From contig CP068257.2 of assembly GCA_009914755.4 (NCBI GenBank), positions 18,720,001-18,784,000 on the forward strand: DNA of 64,000 bases, in the 5' to 3' direction. Position numbers and translations under genes: made by a program. This stretch comes from the human T2T-CHM13v2.0 reference genome, Homo sapiens. Position 1 is the stretch's first letter. The number at the start of each line of letters is the position of its first letter. The notes beneath the pieces are model-generated. The model saw only the letters and a program-made list of their open reading frames with translations. It was not told the origin of the DNA and ran no database searches. Positions 1 through 15,360 of this stretch are shown one piece after another.

Positions 1-773
1 TACTGTATATGGGATGTCCAATATAACACATAGTTTCTTTTCTCATCCTAAGTGCCACTTCAACTAGGAAGCCCATCATAATAGAATACATCTTATGTAG
101 ATTTCATAGCACCCTGCAATTCTCTACCTTCACACATACTGCAGTATATTAAATCACCCAATTACTTGTAGAACTTTGTGAAAATATTATTTACCTAATC
201 TTAGCAGATTACCTCTTAAAAACTGTCCATTTTAATAAAAACCTGTCTGATTTAGGTGATTATAGAACAACGAATAAAAATCAGGTAAACTGCAATGATA
301 AAAAGTGAACAGGAATTTGTGGCAGGACTAAACACCAAAAGAGAGGAGAATATCAAAATAAAATAGAGGCCTAGTACTGATTATCTGGAGATAGACTTTA
401 TGGAGACAGTTGACTATCTTTTGAGACTTAATGAAATTTCTTTGAGTTTCCTGAGCTATGTCTTATGAAAAACTCAATACCTTTCTCCAAATGCTGTATG
501 AATTGCCTCTCCCTGCAATTTTTGTTCCCGTGTCTGTTTCCTAGTTCCTTCTTCTGCTGAAAGTTATAACTCTTTTCACAACTCTTTTCTCTTAGCTTTC
601 TGTCAACCCATTTGTAAAATGTGGCTCTTATCAGTAGATACAGTATATTTTAGAAATTTGGAAACAACCAATGTCTTTTTCACTGCACAACTTAAACAAA
701 TATTAAATATCTTATTACTATGATAATTATTATTATTTTGCAAGAACTTTGTTCTTGATGAAGAATTGTTCTA

Positions 774-1082
774 GGTTGGGCATGTTCGCTCATGCTTGTA
801 ATCTTAACACTTTGGGAGGCCAAGGAGAAAGGATCATTTGAGTCCAGGAGTTCAAGACCAGTGTGGATAACATAGGGAGATACCATCTTTACAAAAATAA
901 AAAATTAAAAAGTTGTATCCTGGTGGGGTGGTGCGTGCCCATGGTCCAGGCTACTTAAGAGGCTGAGGTGGAAGGATCACTTGAGGCTGAGAGGTCAAGG
1001 CTGTATAAGCTGTAATCACACCACTGAACTCCAGACTGAGCCACAGAGAGAGACCCTGTCTCAAAACAAACAAACAAAAAAA
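774..1082 (+). mobile_element. Alu SINE (full length, with A-rich tail)
   Basis: Shows Alu hallmarks GGTTGGGCATG...CTTGTAATCTTAACACTTTGGGAGGCCAAGG, a middle A-rich linker, GTGGTGCGTGCC...GCTACTTAAGAGGCTGAGG, and ends in the CAAACAAACAAAAAAA tail. Confidence 0.9.
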
Positions 1083-1089
1083 GGATTTC

Positions 1090-2916
1090 TATACCAATTA
1101 TTTGGTCACCATGCCAATCTCATGGACTGGAAGATTCACCATTGTTAAAATGTTCATATTACCCAAAGCATCTATAGATTCGATGCAATCCCTATCCAAA
1201 TACCAATGACATTATTCACAGATGTAGGAAAAAAAATTATAAAATGTATATGGAACCACAAAGACCTGACTAGCCAAAGCTATGCTAAGTGAAAAGAACA
1301 AAACTAGAAGAATCACATTACCTGACTTCAAATTATACTACAGAGCTATATAACTGAAATAGCATGGCCCCGGCATAAAAACAAACACATAAACCAAGGG
1401 AGCAGAATAGAGAACCCAGAAACAAATCTGCCCACCTACAGTGAATTCATTCTTGACAAAGATGTCAAGAACATACATTGGAGCAAGAACAATCTCTTCA
1501 ATAAATGGTGCTGGGAAAAATTCATATGCAGAAGAATGAAACTAGACCCTTATCTCTCATCATATACAAAAAATGAAATCAAAACGAATTAAAGACTTAA
1601 ATCTAAGACGTCAAACTATGAAGCTACTAGAAAAAAAAAAAAAAAAAAACTTTGGAGACACTCTCCAGGCCATTGATCTGGGCAAAAATTTCTTGAGCAA
1701 TGCCCCATAAGCACAGGCAAACGTGGACGAAGGGGATGACATCATGTTAAAAAAGCTTCTGCACAGCAAAAGATACAATCAACAAAGTGAAGAAACAACC
1801 CACAAAAATGGGAGAAAAGATTTGCAAACTACTCCTCTTACAAGAGATTAATAACCAGAATATATATATAAAGAACTCAAAGAGCTCCATAGGAAAATAA
1901 TCTAATAATCCAGTCAAAAATTGAAAAAAGATTGGAATAGACATTTCCCCAAAAAAGACATACAGATGACAACCAGACATATGAAAATGTACTCAACATC
2001 ATTGATCATCAGAGAAATGCAAATTGAAACTGCAATGAGATATCATGTCTCCCTTGTTAAAATGGCTTTTATCCAAAAGACAGGTAATAACAAATGTTTG
2101 TGAGGATGTGAAAAAAAGGAAACCTTTGTACGCTCTTGGTGGAAATGTAAATTAGTAAAACCACTTTGGAGAACAGTTTGGAGGTTCCTCACAAAACTAA
2201 AAATTGAGTTACCTTGTGATCCAACAATTCCTCTGCTGGGTATATACCCAAAAGAAAATAAATCAGTATATCAAAGAGGTATCTGCACTCCTGTGTTTGT
2301 TGCAGCACTGTTCACAATAGCTAAGATTTAGAAGCCAACCAAGTGTCCATCAACAGATGACTGGATAAAGGAAATGTGGTACATATACACAATGGAGTAC
2401 CATTCAGCCATAAAAAATGAGATTCAGTCATTTGCAACAACATGGATGGAACTGGAGATCAATATGTTAAGGAAAATAAGTGAGGCACAGAAACACAAAC
2501 ATTGCATGTCCTCGCTTACTTGTGGGATCTAAAAATCAAAACAATTGAACTCATGGACATGAGTTCAAGAGTAAAAGGATAGTTACCAGAGACTGGGAAG
2601 GGTAGTGGTATAGGTGGCTGAGGGAGAGGTAAGGATGGTTAATGCGTACAAAAAAACAGAAAAAATGAAAAACGCCTACTATTTGATAACACAATAGGGT
2701 GGCTATAGTCAATTATATGCTTAAAAATAACTTAAGGAGTGTAATTGGATGGTTTGTAACTCAAAGGATAAATGCTTGAGGGGATGAATACCCCCATTCT
2801 AGATGATGTGCTTATTTCAAACTGCATGCCTATATCAAAACATCTCATGTACTCTATAAATATATACGTCTACTATGTACCCACAAAATAAAAAATAAAA
2901 ATAAAAATGAATAAAT
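1090..2916 (+). mobile_element. LINE-1 3' portion (ORF2 C-terminal region plus 3' UTR); old subfamily (L1M/L1PB-like), 5'-truncated
   Basis: Translates to L1 ORF2 motifs ([12 protein letters not shown]..., [42 protein letters not shown]). The ends are the typical L1 3' UTR and an A-rich tail (AATAAAAAATAAAAATAAAAATGAATAAA). ORF 1921-2103 is a fragment of this degraded ORF2. Confidence 0.8.
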
Positions 2917-3364
2917 ACTTGAATGGATTCACCTAAAAAGAGCATTTCCTTTTAGGGAACACCTATCCCAAAACCCTATCCTAAACTTGGTGGCATCAAA
3001 ATTTTCAAATTTTCTTCCAGCTCAGAAAAACTATCCTCTAGTTTTTCCCCATGGAAATGAAAACATTCATTTGATAAAGCAAATATCTATACTACTGGTG
3101 GTCTTATTTTTGTTCTTGTTATGATGTCATATATGTCAGAGTTACCTAAAAGATTTAGAAATAATAATCAGAATGTAAGCCCCCACGGGAAAGAATTTTG
3201 TGTCTTCAATACTGCATCCCCATTATCTATAATAAGACTAGGCAAAGTATAGTGATATAACAAAAATTATAAAATGAATGAGTGAAAGAATTAACCTTCC
3301 TAATCTAACAAATTGTTGGGGTTCTTCATTTGATAACCACTAGGGAGAGTGCAAACAAAATTAA

Positions 3365-3395
3365 CAACACCACCACCACCAACACCAACAACAAA
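3365..3395. repeat. simple repeat (CAC/CAA)n
   Basis: CACCACCACCACCAACACCAACAACAAAC; it produces the low-complexity TTPPPPTPTT ORF. Confidence 0.8.
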
Positions 3396-6300
3396 CCATA
3401 GAAGAGCTGGGAAGGGTTCAAATAGGAGAAAAAAAAACAACAATATAGGGAAACAATGGAAAGTATTACCCATTTTTCCCTTCTCTAAAAGACAGCAACT
3501 GTCTTTGAGGTATTTGGGAAAGCATAATAAACAGAGGAGAGACTTAGAATATGAGTCCCGAGACTGCCAAGGGTAAAATTTTTAGTTGAAAAGCATATAG
3601 GTCTCCAAGCCTAGATCTTTGGAGAAAAGGTCAGGATTTTGGGACACAAATCAATTTTTAAAAATCTGTCAAATGTACATAATATTAATAAATATTTACA
3701 AGGTTGCAATATTCTGGATGTTTCTGCAAAAAGTTGATTTTGATTTTTTAATGCTAATTAATGCTGAAAGAGTAAATAGGAGGATACCGGATATTTATAT
3801 TTTGATAGCTGGGAGCAGGACCAGCTACATAATTTGTGAGGACCAGTTAAAAAATAGAAATGTAGGCTTCTTGTTAAAAAATTATTGGGAATTTTACAAC
3901 ACCAACAGTAGCACATTAAACCACGTATAAGACCCTTTTGCATACCCATAAAGCTGATTGTGGTTGGGAATAATACTAAGTGCAATGAAATATGCTGAAA
4001 TGGTGGTCATCTACGTCTTTGTGACAAAACATTTTTGACACAAAATTATTTACCTAAACATCTACTTGAATAATAGTTTATGTTATATTATTTTGCCTCA
4101 GCATTAACTTCCTTTATTACTGAATTTAACTGTATCTTTCCTCTTTGGAAATGGGAAAATTAGAGACACTATTAGATGATAACATCTTCTGATTAAAAGT
4201 TCCTTGATGATCAAAGTAATGAAAAAAAAGATAATTAACATTTATGAACCAATTAGTATGTGCTAGATGCTACAACTACATAGGCTCATTAATCCTGAAG
4301 TAAAAATTTTCCAGTTATCAGCATACGTTCATGTGTAATTAATGAAGTAATTAACAAATGTAAGTAACTTGTCAAAGCATCACACAACCAATAGATGACT
4401 AATTACGAATCAATACCGAGATTTGTTTAGTATGAAAAAAGAGAAACTTCTCTAATTCCTTCTTAGAGCATTCTAGTTGTCTCTTCTTTTTCTCCTATTC
4501 CCCAGGGAAAATGAAGTTATGAATATGATTGATTATATCCCAAGGCATTAACTGTGTATTAAAAAGCATACATTTCTTATTTTCTCTGTTTTTTCCCCTT
4601 GTGATACACAATTTTTTGATACTTCCTCTCTCTCTCTTTCTATTTTTCTCTAAATTGCATAAATTCAGATGCTCAGATTTAGATCTACATAAGTGGGAAA
4701 CTTCCTTTATGTACTAAACTTAAACGTCCTTTTACTGAGCTCTTTATTGCTGTACTGAGTTCTTGCAAAGCGGTTGTCAAAAACCTGTTCTGTTATTGCA
4801 TCTTGTGTTCTCAGGTAGAAAAATGGAATGATGTGTAAGGTGATGTTTATATAGTTTTGCATCTTTATTCATAGCATCCAACCTCATACTTAACTTCCCT
4901 TTACATCCATACGGTGTGTGATACTTACAGTTTTGTTTTTAGGATTAAATAATGTAATGAATGCATAGTGCCTGACACATCCATTCTACTTGACAAAATC
5001 AACTATAATAATAATGATATATCTATTTCAGGGTGGAGGACAGGCCTATGAAAATACATATTTGGAGCAATTGAATTAGAAAAAAATCATTGATTTGCAA
5101 ATTGAATAGGATAAGATTATCAAAGTTAGCTTTGAGAATCTGATAAGAAAGAGAATAAGAGATACACATGACATTTCAAAGTTTGAACTGTCTGATGATA
5201 GTCAATTACATAAGGAAAGCTAGGCCTTTTCAACTAGAAATGATTCCTGGAAGAATTTTATCAACTTGACATTTATAAAAGCTATATTTGATAATATATG
5301 ACAAAATATGGCAAATATTCTAGTTTCTTGTGTCTCTATAAAAGCTCAAAATGTGACTTTCACTCAATGAATATGTTTCTATGGAAACTAACATAAATAA
5401 TGTATTATATTATTTTCTAATGATCTAGCTTAGTACAGGACTAGAATTTCAAAGGCTGAAACAAATAAAATTTATTTAATATCTTAACTTTGTCAAGCAA
5501 GAGCTGAAGACATGGGTCACATTGAAATTCTTCTTAAGATCTCAATATGTCAGTATTCTATTTGTTGAATAAATGGTGACCTATATGTTTTAAAGAAAAT
5601 ATATGTAAGAATTAATTGACATGCTATTGTAAAAATGTATGAGTTTTACTTGAATTCTCCTTCAGACAGATGGCTATTTCATTTTAAAAAGACAGAGGAC
5701 ACAGGAGTGCATGGGGTGAGACAAAGTATTTTATTATTTTTCCTCCAAAAAAGTTTGGATTTTAGCTAGGTACTTAGACATGTGCAGTTCGAGATCCAAA
5801 GTTCAGCACCATAAATCTTAGAGCAGACCATCTGGAGCTAAAAATATTTAAGAACAGGTGTTATAAATTGCCCATTTATGTTCATATAGGAGCAAGATGG
5901 TAGTAGAAAATCTGCTTTCAAGTAGAAGTACATCTTGATGGACATTTCAGAATAAATTATCTGCCAAATATACTCTTAAGTGTATAAATAGATTTTGTCA
6001 TATAGGTGAGGTTGCTTGGGAGCATCTGTTTACATTTTGGAAATTTCAAGTTAAGTTTCCATTTTAGAATATTTGTTGCTTGATAGATCTTTTTACAGGA
6101 AATATTTAACAGGAGATTTTTCTTTAGGTTTCTTTTCTTTGTAACATAAAGCTATTTTGTCAGAGAATAATTAATATGTCTTCTTACTTATTATGGCAGG
6201 TATACCCAACAATCCCTTATTTGCAAATATCTTTATTTTATATACAATCACCTCTTTGCATTCATAGGGGATTGGTTCTAGAACTCCCTGAGGATACACA

Positions 6301-7897
6301 AATCCGTGGATACTCAAGTCCATTATATAAATGGTGTAGTGTCTGCATGTAGCCTTAGGTGTACTATGTGTATAGTCTTTAAATCATCCCCACATTACTT
6401 ATAATACCTAACACGATGTAAATATTATCCTTGAACAATGTGGCAGGTCAGGAATGCTGACTCCCCATGTAGTCAAAAATCTGCATATAGTTTTTGACTC
6501 CCCAAAAACTTAACTATTAATAGCCTACTGTTGACTAGGAGCCTTACCAATACCATAAACAATTACACATATTTTATATGTTATATGTATTATATGCTGT
6601 GTTCTCCTCATAAAGTAAGCTAGGAAAAAATAAAATGTTATTAAGAAAAACATGAGAAGATAAAATATATTTACTATTCATTAAGTGGAAGTGAATCATT
6701 ATAAAGGTTTTCATCTTCATGTTTTCACTTTGGACAGACTGAGGGGGAGGAGGGAAAGGAGGAGTTGGTCTTGCTGTCTCAGGCATGGCAGAGTAGAAGG
6801 GGTGGAGGAGGCAGGAGAGGCTGGCAAACTCAGTGTAACTTTACAGAACTCATTGTAATTTCTGTCTAACTTTTGTGCATACAGTACTAATCCTTCCCCC
6901 ACTGTTTGCTTTACTTTCAGCGTCTGTGTCATGTAAGGGACCATGTCATAAAAGAAGTAAAAAGCAGTCTTGAAGAATCGGAACAATTCTGCTAGATTCT
7001 CTAATGTCAGTTTGTTTCCTGGTACTGCTGCTTCTAATTCTTCTTCTCATCATCTGGCACTGGCTCAAAAGCACGCCACCCATCTCCATCAAGTCATCTT
7101 CTGTTAATTCCTCTGGAGTGGTGTCTATTAGCTCTTAAATTTTTTCAAGATCCAAATCTTGAGTCCCTTCCCCCTCTACCTTTTTTTTTTTTTTTTTGCC
7201 ATATCCACAATTTCTTTCATGATTTCCTTGATTGACTTTATTGTAAATTAGATGTTTTAGAATGCAAAACATCTGGACACAGTTTTCCCTAGGAGGAATT
7301 TATTATTTTGGGCTTAATGACTTTCATGGCTTTTTCTATAACAGCAATGGCATCTTTAATGGTGTAATTCTCCCAGACTTTTATTATGTTTTCTCTGTGA
7401 GTGTTCCTTTTTATAGCATTGAGAATCTTTTCCATAGAGTATCATGCATAATGAGCTAAAAAGTCCTTACTACTTCCTGATCTCAAGGCTGAACTAGAGA
7501 CTTTGGGAAAAGTAGACCCCTTCGAAGTCTTCAGAGATGATCTCACGAGGTTCTGGGTGACCAGGGACATTGTCTAATATCAAAAGAACTTTAAAAGGTA
7601 GTCCTTTGCTGGCAAAGTACTTCCAGACTTCAGAGACAAAGCATCAATAAAACCAATCCAGACTAAAAATTTCTTGTTGTCCAAGTCTTCTTGTACAACC
7701 AAAAGGCTAGCAGCTCGTATTTATCTTTTCTCTTCAAGGCTGGGGAATTAGTAGCTTTTTAGATGAGGGCAGTTCTGACCATAAACCCAACTGCATTTGC
7801 ACAAAACAGTAGAGTTAGCCTATCCTTTCCTTTGCTTTAAGTTGTCATATAATGACTTTGCTTTTTCTCAAATTATGTTAAAATATAGAGGTGTGTC

Positions 7898-8194
7898 TTT
7901 TTGTGTGTGTGTGTGAGATGGAGTCTCCCTCTGTCACCCATGCTGGAGTGCAGTGGCGCCATCTCTGTTCACTGCAACCTCTGCCTCCCGATTCAAGCGA
8001 TTCCTCTGCCTCAGTCTCCCGACTAGCTGGGACTACAGGCATGTGTCACCACACCTGGCTAATTTTTTGTATTTTTAGTAGAGATGAGGTTTCACCGTGT
8101 TAGCCAGAATGGTCTCGGTCTCCTGACCTCCTGATCCACCCACCTCCGCCTCCCAAAGTGCTGGGATTACAGGTGTGAGCCACCATGCCCAGCC
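7898..8194 (-). mobile_element. Alu SINE inserted into the Tigger remnant
   Basis: Reverse-complement Alu: GAGATGGAGTCTCCCTCTGTCACCCATGCTGGAGTGCAGTGG ... CTGGGATTACAGGTGTGAGCCACCATGCCCAGCC, preceded by a T/TG-rich tail. Confidence 0.9.
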
Positions 8195-8594
8195 AGGTAT
8201 GCTATAGCAATTTTGGCCTCGTATAAAAACTACATTTTCAAAAGAAGATGAGATAAAAGGGTACTTTGCAAAAAGTGCAAGGTTTTCACATCTGTTGGCA
8301 TAAATGCAGCAATGGCTTAATAAATTTTCTTTTCTTTTTTTTTTTCAATGGTTCTTACACTAGATTAATTTATCTTGAAATACTGGGCAACTGCAGCTGC
8401 AGACTTCAACATACATCACATATCAAACAAGGTAATGTTTTCTTGTAATGTCATGACTTTTCTATGATTCTCAGGACCACTTCAAGCATCACTAACGGCA
8501 TTTTGTATGAGTCTCACGCTGTTAATCAAGGTTCACAGTCTTGCACTAAACATGAAAATATGTGAGAACCATAGGAGATCACTTTTTACTATAG

Positions 8595-8951
<357 letters not shown>

Positions 8952-9661
8952 TCATTGCATGACTTTTAAGCTGATATTGGCAACACTTGAGCTCACCACA
9001 ACAGAAACAGGATGTGGCTACCAAATTATTACAGTAGTACAATATGTACTACAGTTAATTTTATGCAGTTGTAATTTAATAGTGCATCTTAACATTTGTT
9101 TACATTTATCTCAACTGTGAATGGCACCATGTAGATCTGTGTTTATATGTGTAATATTTTATAAACTTTAACTTCTTATCATAAAACTGTGTCTATTTTA
9201 TGGTAGTAAATGATAAAACAAGTAAGTATCTACATTGATTTTATGCACTTATAACATACCTAACTTTTTCTTATTTTTCTCTATATTTCTAGGCTATGCA
9301 GTTCATCTGAGTTTTTTCTTCAAACTGTGGCAAATCTCAAAAAAAATTCCAGTATACTTATTGAAAAAAGTTTTCACAGAAGCAAACTTATGCAGTTCAA
9401 ACGTGATTATTCAAGGATCAACTGTCATTGCTATATTGTATGGTTTAGGAAATAATAATTTTAAAAGACTTTAAAATATTCTGTACAGACACAACAATTT
9501 TTTGAGTATTTTTGATTCATGGTTGGTTGAATTTACAGATGTGGAATCCATTGATATGGATGGATGAGCGTACTTCCTTTTCCTTTCTACCTCAAGGAAG
9601 AATATGTATATTTATTGTTGGGAAACTTTTTATCATCTTAATATATAGAAAGACTTTGGAG

Positions 9662-10028
<367 letters not shown>

Positions 10029-12173
10029 TTATATGCACGTCAGCTAATATCCAGTGAATGCAGAGCTTGGGAAAAAGAAACGCTGCTCTTGTTTTATCCC
10101 GCAATCTTATTGCTCCAAAATTCTGCTGAATTATTCTACTGCCCAAAGTCTAATTATAAAAATTATTAAATTTTATTTATTTCTACGCACAAATTGGAGT
10201 TTTGTCATTTGAAATCAAAGACTTCACACTAATTTTCTATTTAAATAGGTACTGTGCCCTGCTATATGGAAAGCACCATGCTAGGAGTTGAGGTTTGAAT
10301 TTACAAAGACAAATAAAACTTAGAATTATCCATGAAGAATTTGAAGCTAGGTATAAAAAGAAGAAAGCTCTAAATTAAAATTGAGTATGAAAACATCCAA
10401 AGTTCAGGAATATAAGAATTGCTATTGAAACACAGAAAAATTATATAAATACGATTTTCTGAGGGTTTTCTGAGCCAGGGAATTATGTGTCATTCTTCTT
10501 GTTCTTCACTTTATAAACCCAATCTTTTTAACCGGTTTTGTCCATTCTATGTCTTGAGCCCTTTGGAATTTTCTTTATTTCATTTTCTTTCCTTTTTTAG
10601 GATGTATATTGTGTATATTTTGCATATAAGTAATTGTAATTGTGTTGTATTATTCTTAAATAGTATTTAAGAGCATGACCTCGAGAGTCAGATCACTAGT
10701 GCACAAATCACATGTCTACCACTTAGATATTTTATTTGGGGTGAGTCTTTTAAACTTTCTGCTTTTTTGTTTCCATGTTGGCTAAATATGGCTGAAAACA
10801 ATACTTATTTCAAAAAGTTAGATCTAAAGAAGGTGCATTATTTCAGCATCCAGCAAAATAGCTGGTATATAGTAAGAGCTCAATTAATGTTACTTATTTT
10901 GTGTTATTACCACAGTTTGTTACTTGTTTCATATTCTCGGATTCCACCCTCATTCATCCTTCACCCATCATCTGGACTTACTTTAATAAAATATACATAT
11001 GATCATTTCATTTATCTACCTATAGCTCATCAGAAACTCCCATTTGCCTTCAAGATGAACTCATATATTTTTTGAGAGCATGATAGGCCTTTTATCATCA
11101 GTACCTTGTTGTATCACTAGTTTTATGACTGTCCGTTCATGTTCCCATCTTCCAAGCATGGTCCTTCTTGTCTACCTTTCAAAACCACCCTTGGTACTCC
11201 AGATTCTGGGCAGAAAACGCTACATGCCTTCAGTTACTTGAATTGGCAATGCTCTATTTCCCTCTTCTGAGACTTAGAACTCATTGAATTCACATTGCTT
11301 TCTTTATTCTTTCTCCACTCACCCCCATTCTTTCACAGGGCAAACTTTGTGTTATTTCCTCCATTAAAGTGCCCCAATTCTACCCCACAACAGAGCTATT
11401 TCCTTTTCTGTGTGTGCCTCCTGTGTGAAGCCTAGACAACCCCAAATTGTGGCATATAATCACAGTGTATTGGAATTTCCAGTTTCCTTATCGGATGCTT
11501 CAATTCATTGTGTATTGTTCAAAGTCAGAGCCAGACTCATTTAATTATTATATGTTTAAGCCTAGAGGAATATACATACATACGTATAAATTAGGTCCTG
11601 AAAATAATTTGGTGTATATTTAACATAAAGAAGTACAGTTTTCCTTGAGTCTTGAAAAAAATGTTTCCAGTAATGAAACTCAGGAGAGCAGATAAATCAG
11701 AAGTTTAAACCTGTGCAATTATATGGATACCAAAAAAGTATTATAAATTCAGAAACCACAATATATAGCATACTGTTCTTTTATGTGCTTATTTTGCAAA
11801 ATCAATCCCTACTATTGAAATTTGGTAATATATGTATTAAAATTATATAACTCTGTGTGGAAGGAGAATATGGCATATTGGAAAATTAAAGTCTGCGCTG
11901 AAAATGTGGTGTCTTGGATTGGTATTCTTGGCATACAACTGACTGCCTAGGGCACTTTAAGCTACTTAATTTATCTGATTACTGTTTTCCTCAATTGACC
12001 TTCAAGTGAAAATGGCTTAAGTTCCTTCCTCCTTTAGAATCCCAAAATCCTAATATTACTGGATGTTAGGGATTTTATTGTATCACTTCCAAAATGTATA
12101 TGTTGAAGTCCTAACCTCCAGTACCTCAGAATGTGACTATATTTGAAGGTAGGGCCATTAAAGAGGTGATTAA

Positions 12174-12484
<311 letters not shown>

Positions 12485-12738
12485 TTAAAATGAGACCATT
12501 AAGATGCATCCTAATCCAATTTTACTGGTATCCTTCTGAGAAAAGAACATTTGGACACACAGGACACCAGTGATATATGCACACACACAAAAATACCATG
12601 TAAGGACACAGCAGTAATGCAATCATCTGGAAACCAAGGGGAGAGTCCTCAGAACAAATCAAACTCGCTGACACTTTGATCTTGCATGTCTAGCCTGTAG
12701 AACTGGGAAGATTATTCTGGTTGGCTCAATCTAATTCA

Positions 12739-13119
12739 AGGCATACCTTGGAAGTATTGGATACCTCGGAAGTATTGGGGGTTGGGTTCCAGACCACTGT
12801 AATAAAATGAACAAAGTAAGTAACACATACATTTTGGTTTTCCAGTGCATAAAATGTATGTTTACACTATACTGAAGCCTATTAAGCGTGCAATAGTATT
12901 ATGTTTCAAAAATGTACATACCTGAACTTAAAAATATTTTATTTCTAAAATATGCTAACAATCGTCTGACACAGAGACACAAAGTGAGCCCATGCTGTTG
13001 GAGAAATAGCACTGATAGACTTGTTCCATGCAGAGTTGCCACAAACTTTCAATCTTAAAAAAAATACAGTATCTGTGAAGTTCAATAAAGCAAAGAGCAA
13101 TAAAACCAGATACACCTGT
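12739..13119. mobile_element. Tigger1-derived non-autonomous DNA transposon (internally deleted, MITE-like)
   Basis: Both Tigger1 terminal regions are present and juxtaposed. The left end is AGGCATACCTTGGAAGTATTGG...GGTTCCAGACCACTGTAATAAAATGAACAAAGTAAGTAACACATACATTTTGGTTTTCCAGTGCATAAAATGTATGTTTACACTATACTGAAGCCTATTAAGCGTGCAATAG. The right end is ACACAGAGACACAAAGTGAGCCCATGCTGTTGGAGAAATAGCACTGATAGACTTGTTCCATGCAGAGTTGCCACAAACTTTCAATCTT...CAGATACACCTGT. The transposase-coding interior is missing. Confidence 0.6.
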
Positions 13120-13189
13120 ACATGAGACCCTAAAGCAGAGAATCTGTCCTGGTCAGGTCAGAGAGATGATACAAGAAGGAGGAAGAGAA

Positions 13190-13255
13190 GAAAGGAGACT
13201 GAGAAGGGAAGGAGAAGGAGAAAGAGAAGAAGAGATTTGAAGGATGAGAGGGTCT
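13190..13255. repeat. purine-rich (GA/GAA)n low-complexity tract
   Basis: GAAGGAGGAAGAGAAGAAAGGAGACTGAGAAGGGAAGGAGAAGGAGAAAGAGAAGAAGAG. Confidence 0.8.
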
Positions 13256-15336
13256 TAACGAATTGTTACTGGCTTTGAAGATGAAGGAAAGTAGCCATGA
13301 ATCAAGGGACACAAGGAGCCTCTAGAAGCCAGAAACAGTCCTCAGCTGAGAGTCAGCAAGGACAAACTGATCTCAGACCTGCGACCGCAAGAAACTCAAT
13401 TTTGTCAACAACCCACATAAAGAGAAATGAATTTTCCCCTAGAGACCCCAGAAAGGGATGCGGCCTTACCTACACCTTGATTTTAGTCTGATGAGACCTA
13501 TGTCAAACTTCTGACCTACAGAACTGTAAGGAAATAAACTTGCATTGACTTAAGTTGCTGAATTTGTGGTAAATTTGTTACAGCAGCAATAGAAAACCAA
13601 TCAAATGTTCTACTTAATCCAAAATCTTCAGAACAGGGATGCAGTGTGTAGTGTATTTATTGCATGGGCATGTCCTGAAAGCTATGAGCTTCCTTTAGTT
13701 TTTCCGGTTTCAAATACAAACCTCAATCGGCATCTTTTACAAACTACTCCATGTGCTTGTCATATAGCCTCCACGAGTAGGCTATAATTCACCATTATCT
13801 TGTTGACAAGGCTATGATTCGTTTCACACATCATTGTTCATTAAAATAATGTAGACCTGCGCCTTAGTTCCATCCCACTTCAAAGCCCGACTGCTAACTA
13901 ATTTATGGTCAATTAATTTTAGTGGATGAAGAGCCACTAAATTTAGTGGTTTTCCACCGTTGTAATTATTTTATTTTATGAAATTTACTGCCTTAAACAA
14001 ATTACAATATAATGTTTTTAAGACTGTCTTTTCTAAAATTTTCTTATAACAGTATTTAGCCATATGTGAAGAAAGAAAGGCATTTAATTATGTTTAAAGA
14101 TTAAAATTACGTTTCTTTAAAAGTTACTTATTTTAAAACCATGATTACTTTCTTTTCTCTGTAGTATTCAATTTTAAATACAAAGTACCCATGTTATATG
14201 TTGAATTGAATTCTTTCTGCTTTCCATTCTTTTCCAAGTATATTTCAATATTGAAGAGGAAAAACTTTCTGGAAGTTATGTAAAAAATATTGTTTTTTAT
14301 TGAAAAAATCTCTGTGATGCTTATTTACTATTATCCAGAAATATTGACCATAATTTTATTTGATAAAAGATTATATATTGATCCACGTTAGCAGGTGGTC
14401 ACTGTGAACCCACATATTTCCATGCTGTAAAATTTTGCAGTTGAAATGCAATTTTTACAACACTGTTTAACAGTGTTCTCCAAAGGAATTTTAACTATCT
14501 AGACAGCTGGAGGGTGACAAATGTAGTTAAAAATAGACCAGAAAGATTTCTTGGTTGCAGAGGGGTCAATTACATTGTCTAAATCGGAGAATTCAAAAAG
14601 AAGAAATTATTCTAAATGTACGTTTCACAACCATACAGGAACTGCTTGAAAGTGGGAACAAATCAAATAAATGAGATCTAGGTACAAAGGACTTTACATT
14701 CCATGCGTTTATGAAGGAGTATAAAAGCAATGTATTACATTTCAAGGAAATGCCTTTGGGGGAAAGAAAAAAAAGAATGGGCAAAAAAAGACTAGAAAGA
14801 AAGTATTCACTATAGTTTCAATAAAAGGTATGATATCCTAAGATATCAGCATATCAAAAAAGTAGGAAGAATTTTCATTTAAAAGTAAAATCACCAAGTT
14901 TTAAAACCTTACTTGAAATGAACAGCAGAAATTTGCAGCTAAAAGGAAAAGTGCCTCAGAATAAACCATTACATCTAGCAGGTGCTCATCTGTCCTCAGA
15001 AAGTTTCTACTTATAAAGTACACTAAACTTTTAGAATAAAGAAAAAACGGTTTTTTATTTGGAATTTCTTCATGCTTATGAATCCCTTAAAAAATACAAT
15101 ATGTCCAATAAAAACTCAACCTTTTTTTTTTCGTAGACAGTAGTGCCTATTTCTTCGGTTTTTTTTTTCTTCTTGTTGTTTTTTGTGGGGGATAGAAACA
15201 CAATGTTGATCCACAGAGATCTCAATAGCTTTTTAGATGTAAAATATTTCTCCAAAATACATAAGTGTGAAAAATATGATGTTTATGGACATGTACATAT
15301 CAAATCATATTATATCAACAATACAACAGTGTCTGA

Positions 15337-15360
15337 TGTGTGTGTGTGTGTGTGTGTGTG
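15337..15360. repeat. (TG)n dinucleotide microsatellite, about 12 units
   Basis: GATGTGTGTGTGTGTGTGTGTGTGTGTAC. Confidence 0.9.

Noticed and set aside
1630-1650. A21 homopolymer inside the L1 fragment at 1090-2916, considered as the poly-A tail of a separate nested insertion
   Set aside because: The sequence on both sides continues colinearly with L1 ORF2, with no extra element recognisable between. It is more likely an expanded internal A-run than a separate retrotransposition event.
1921-2103. ORFs with clear similarity to the L1 ORF2 protein (1921-2103; 32866-33150; 34591-34839; 23773-23973 region)
   Set aside because: They are short surviving frames inside 5'-truncated, mutated L1 copies, which have stops and frameshifts on either side. 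They are remnants and not active retrotransposon genes.
3349-3576. ORF encoding MQTKLTTPPPPTPTTNHRRAGKGSNRRKKNNN...
   Set aside because: It is driven entirely by a (CAC/CAA)n microsatellite and an A-rich tract. This low-complexity translation is an artefact.
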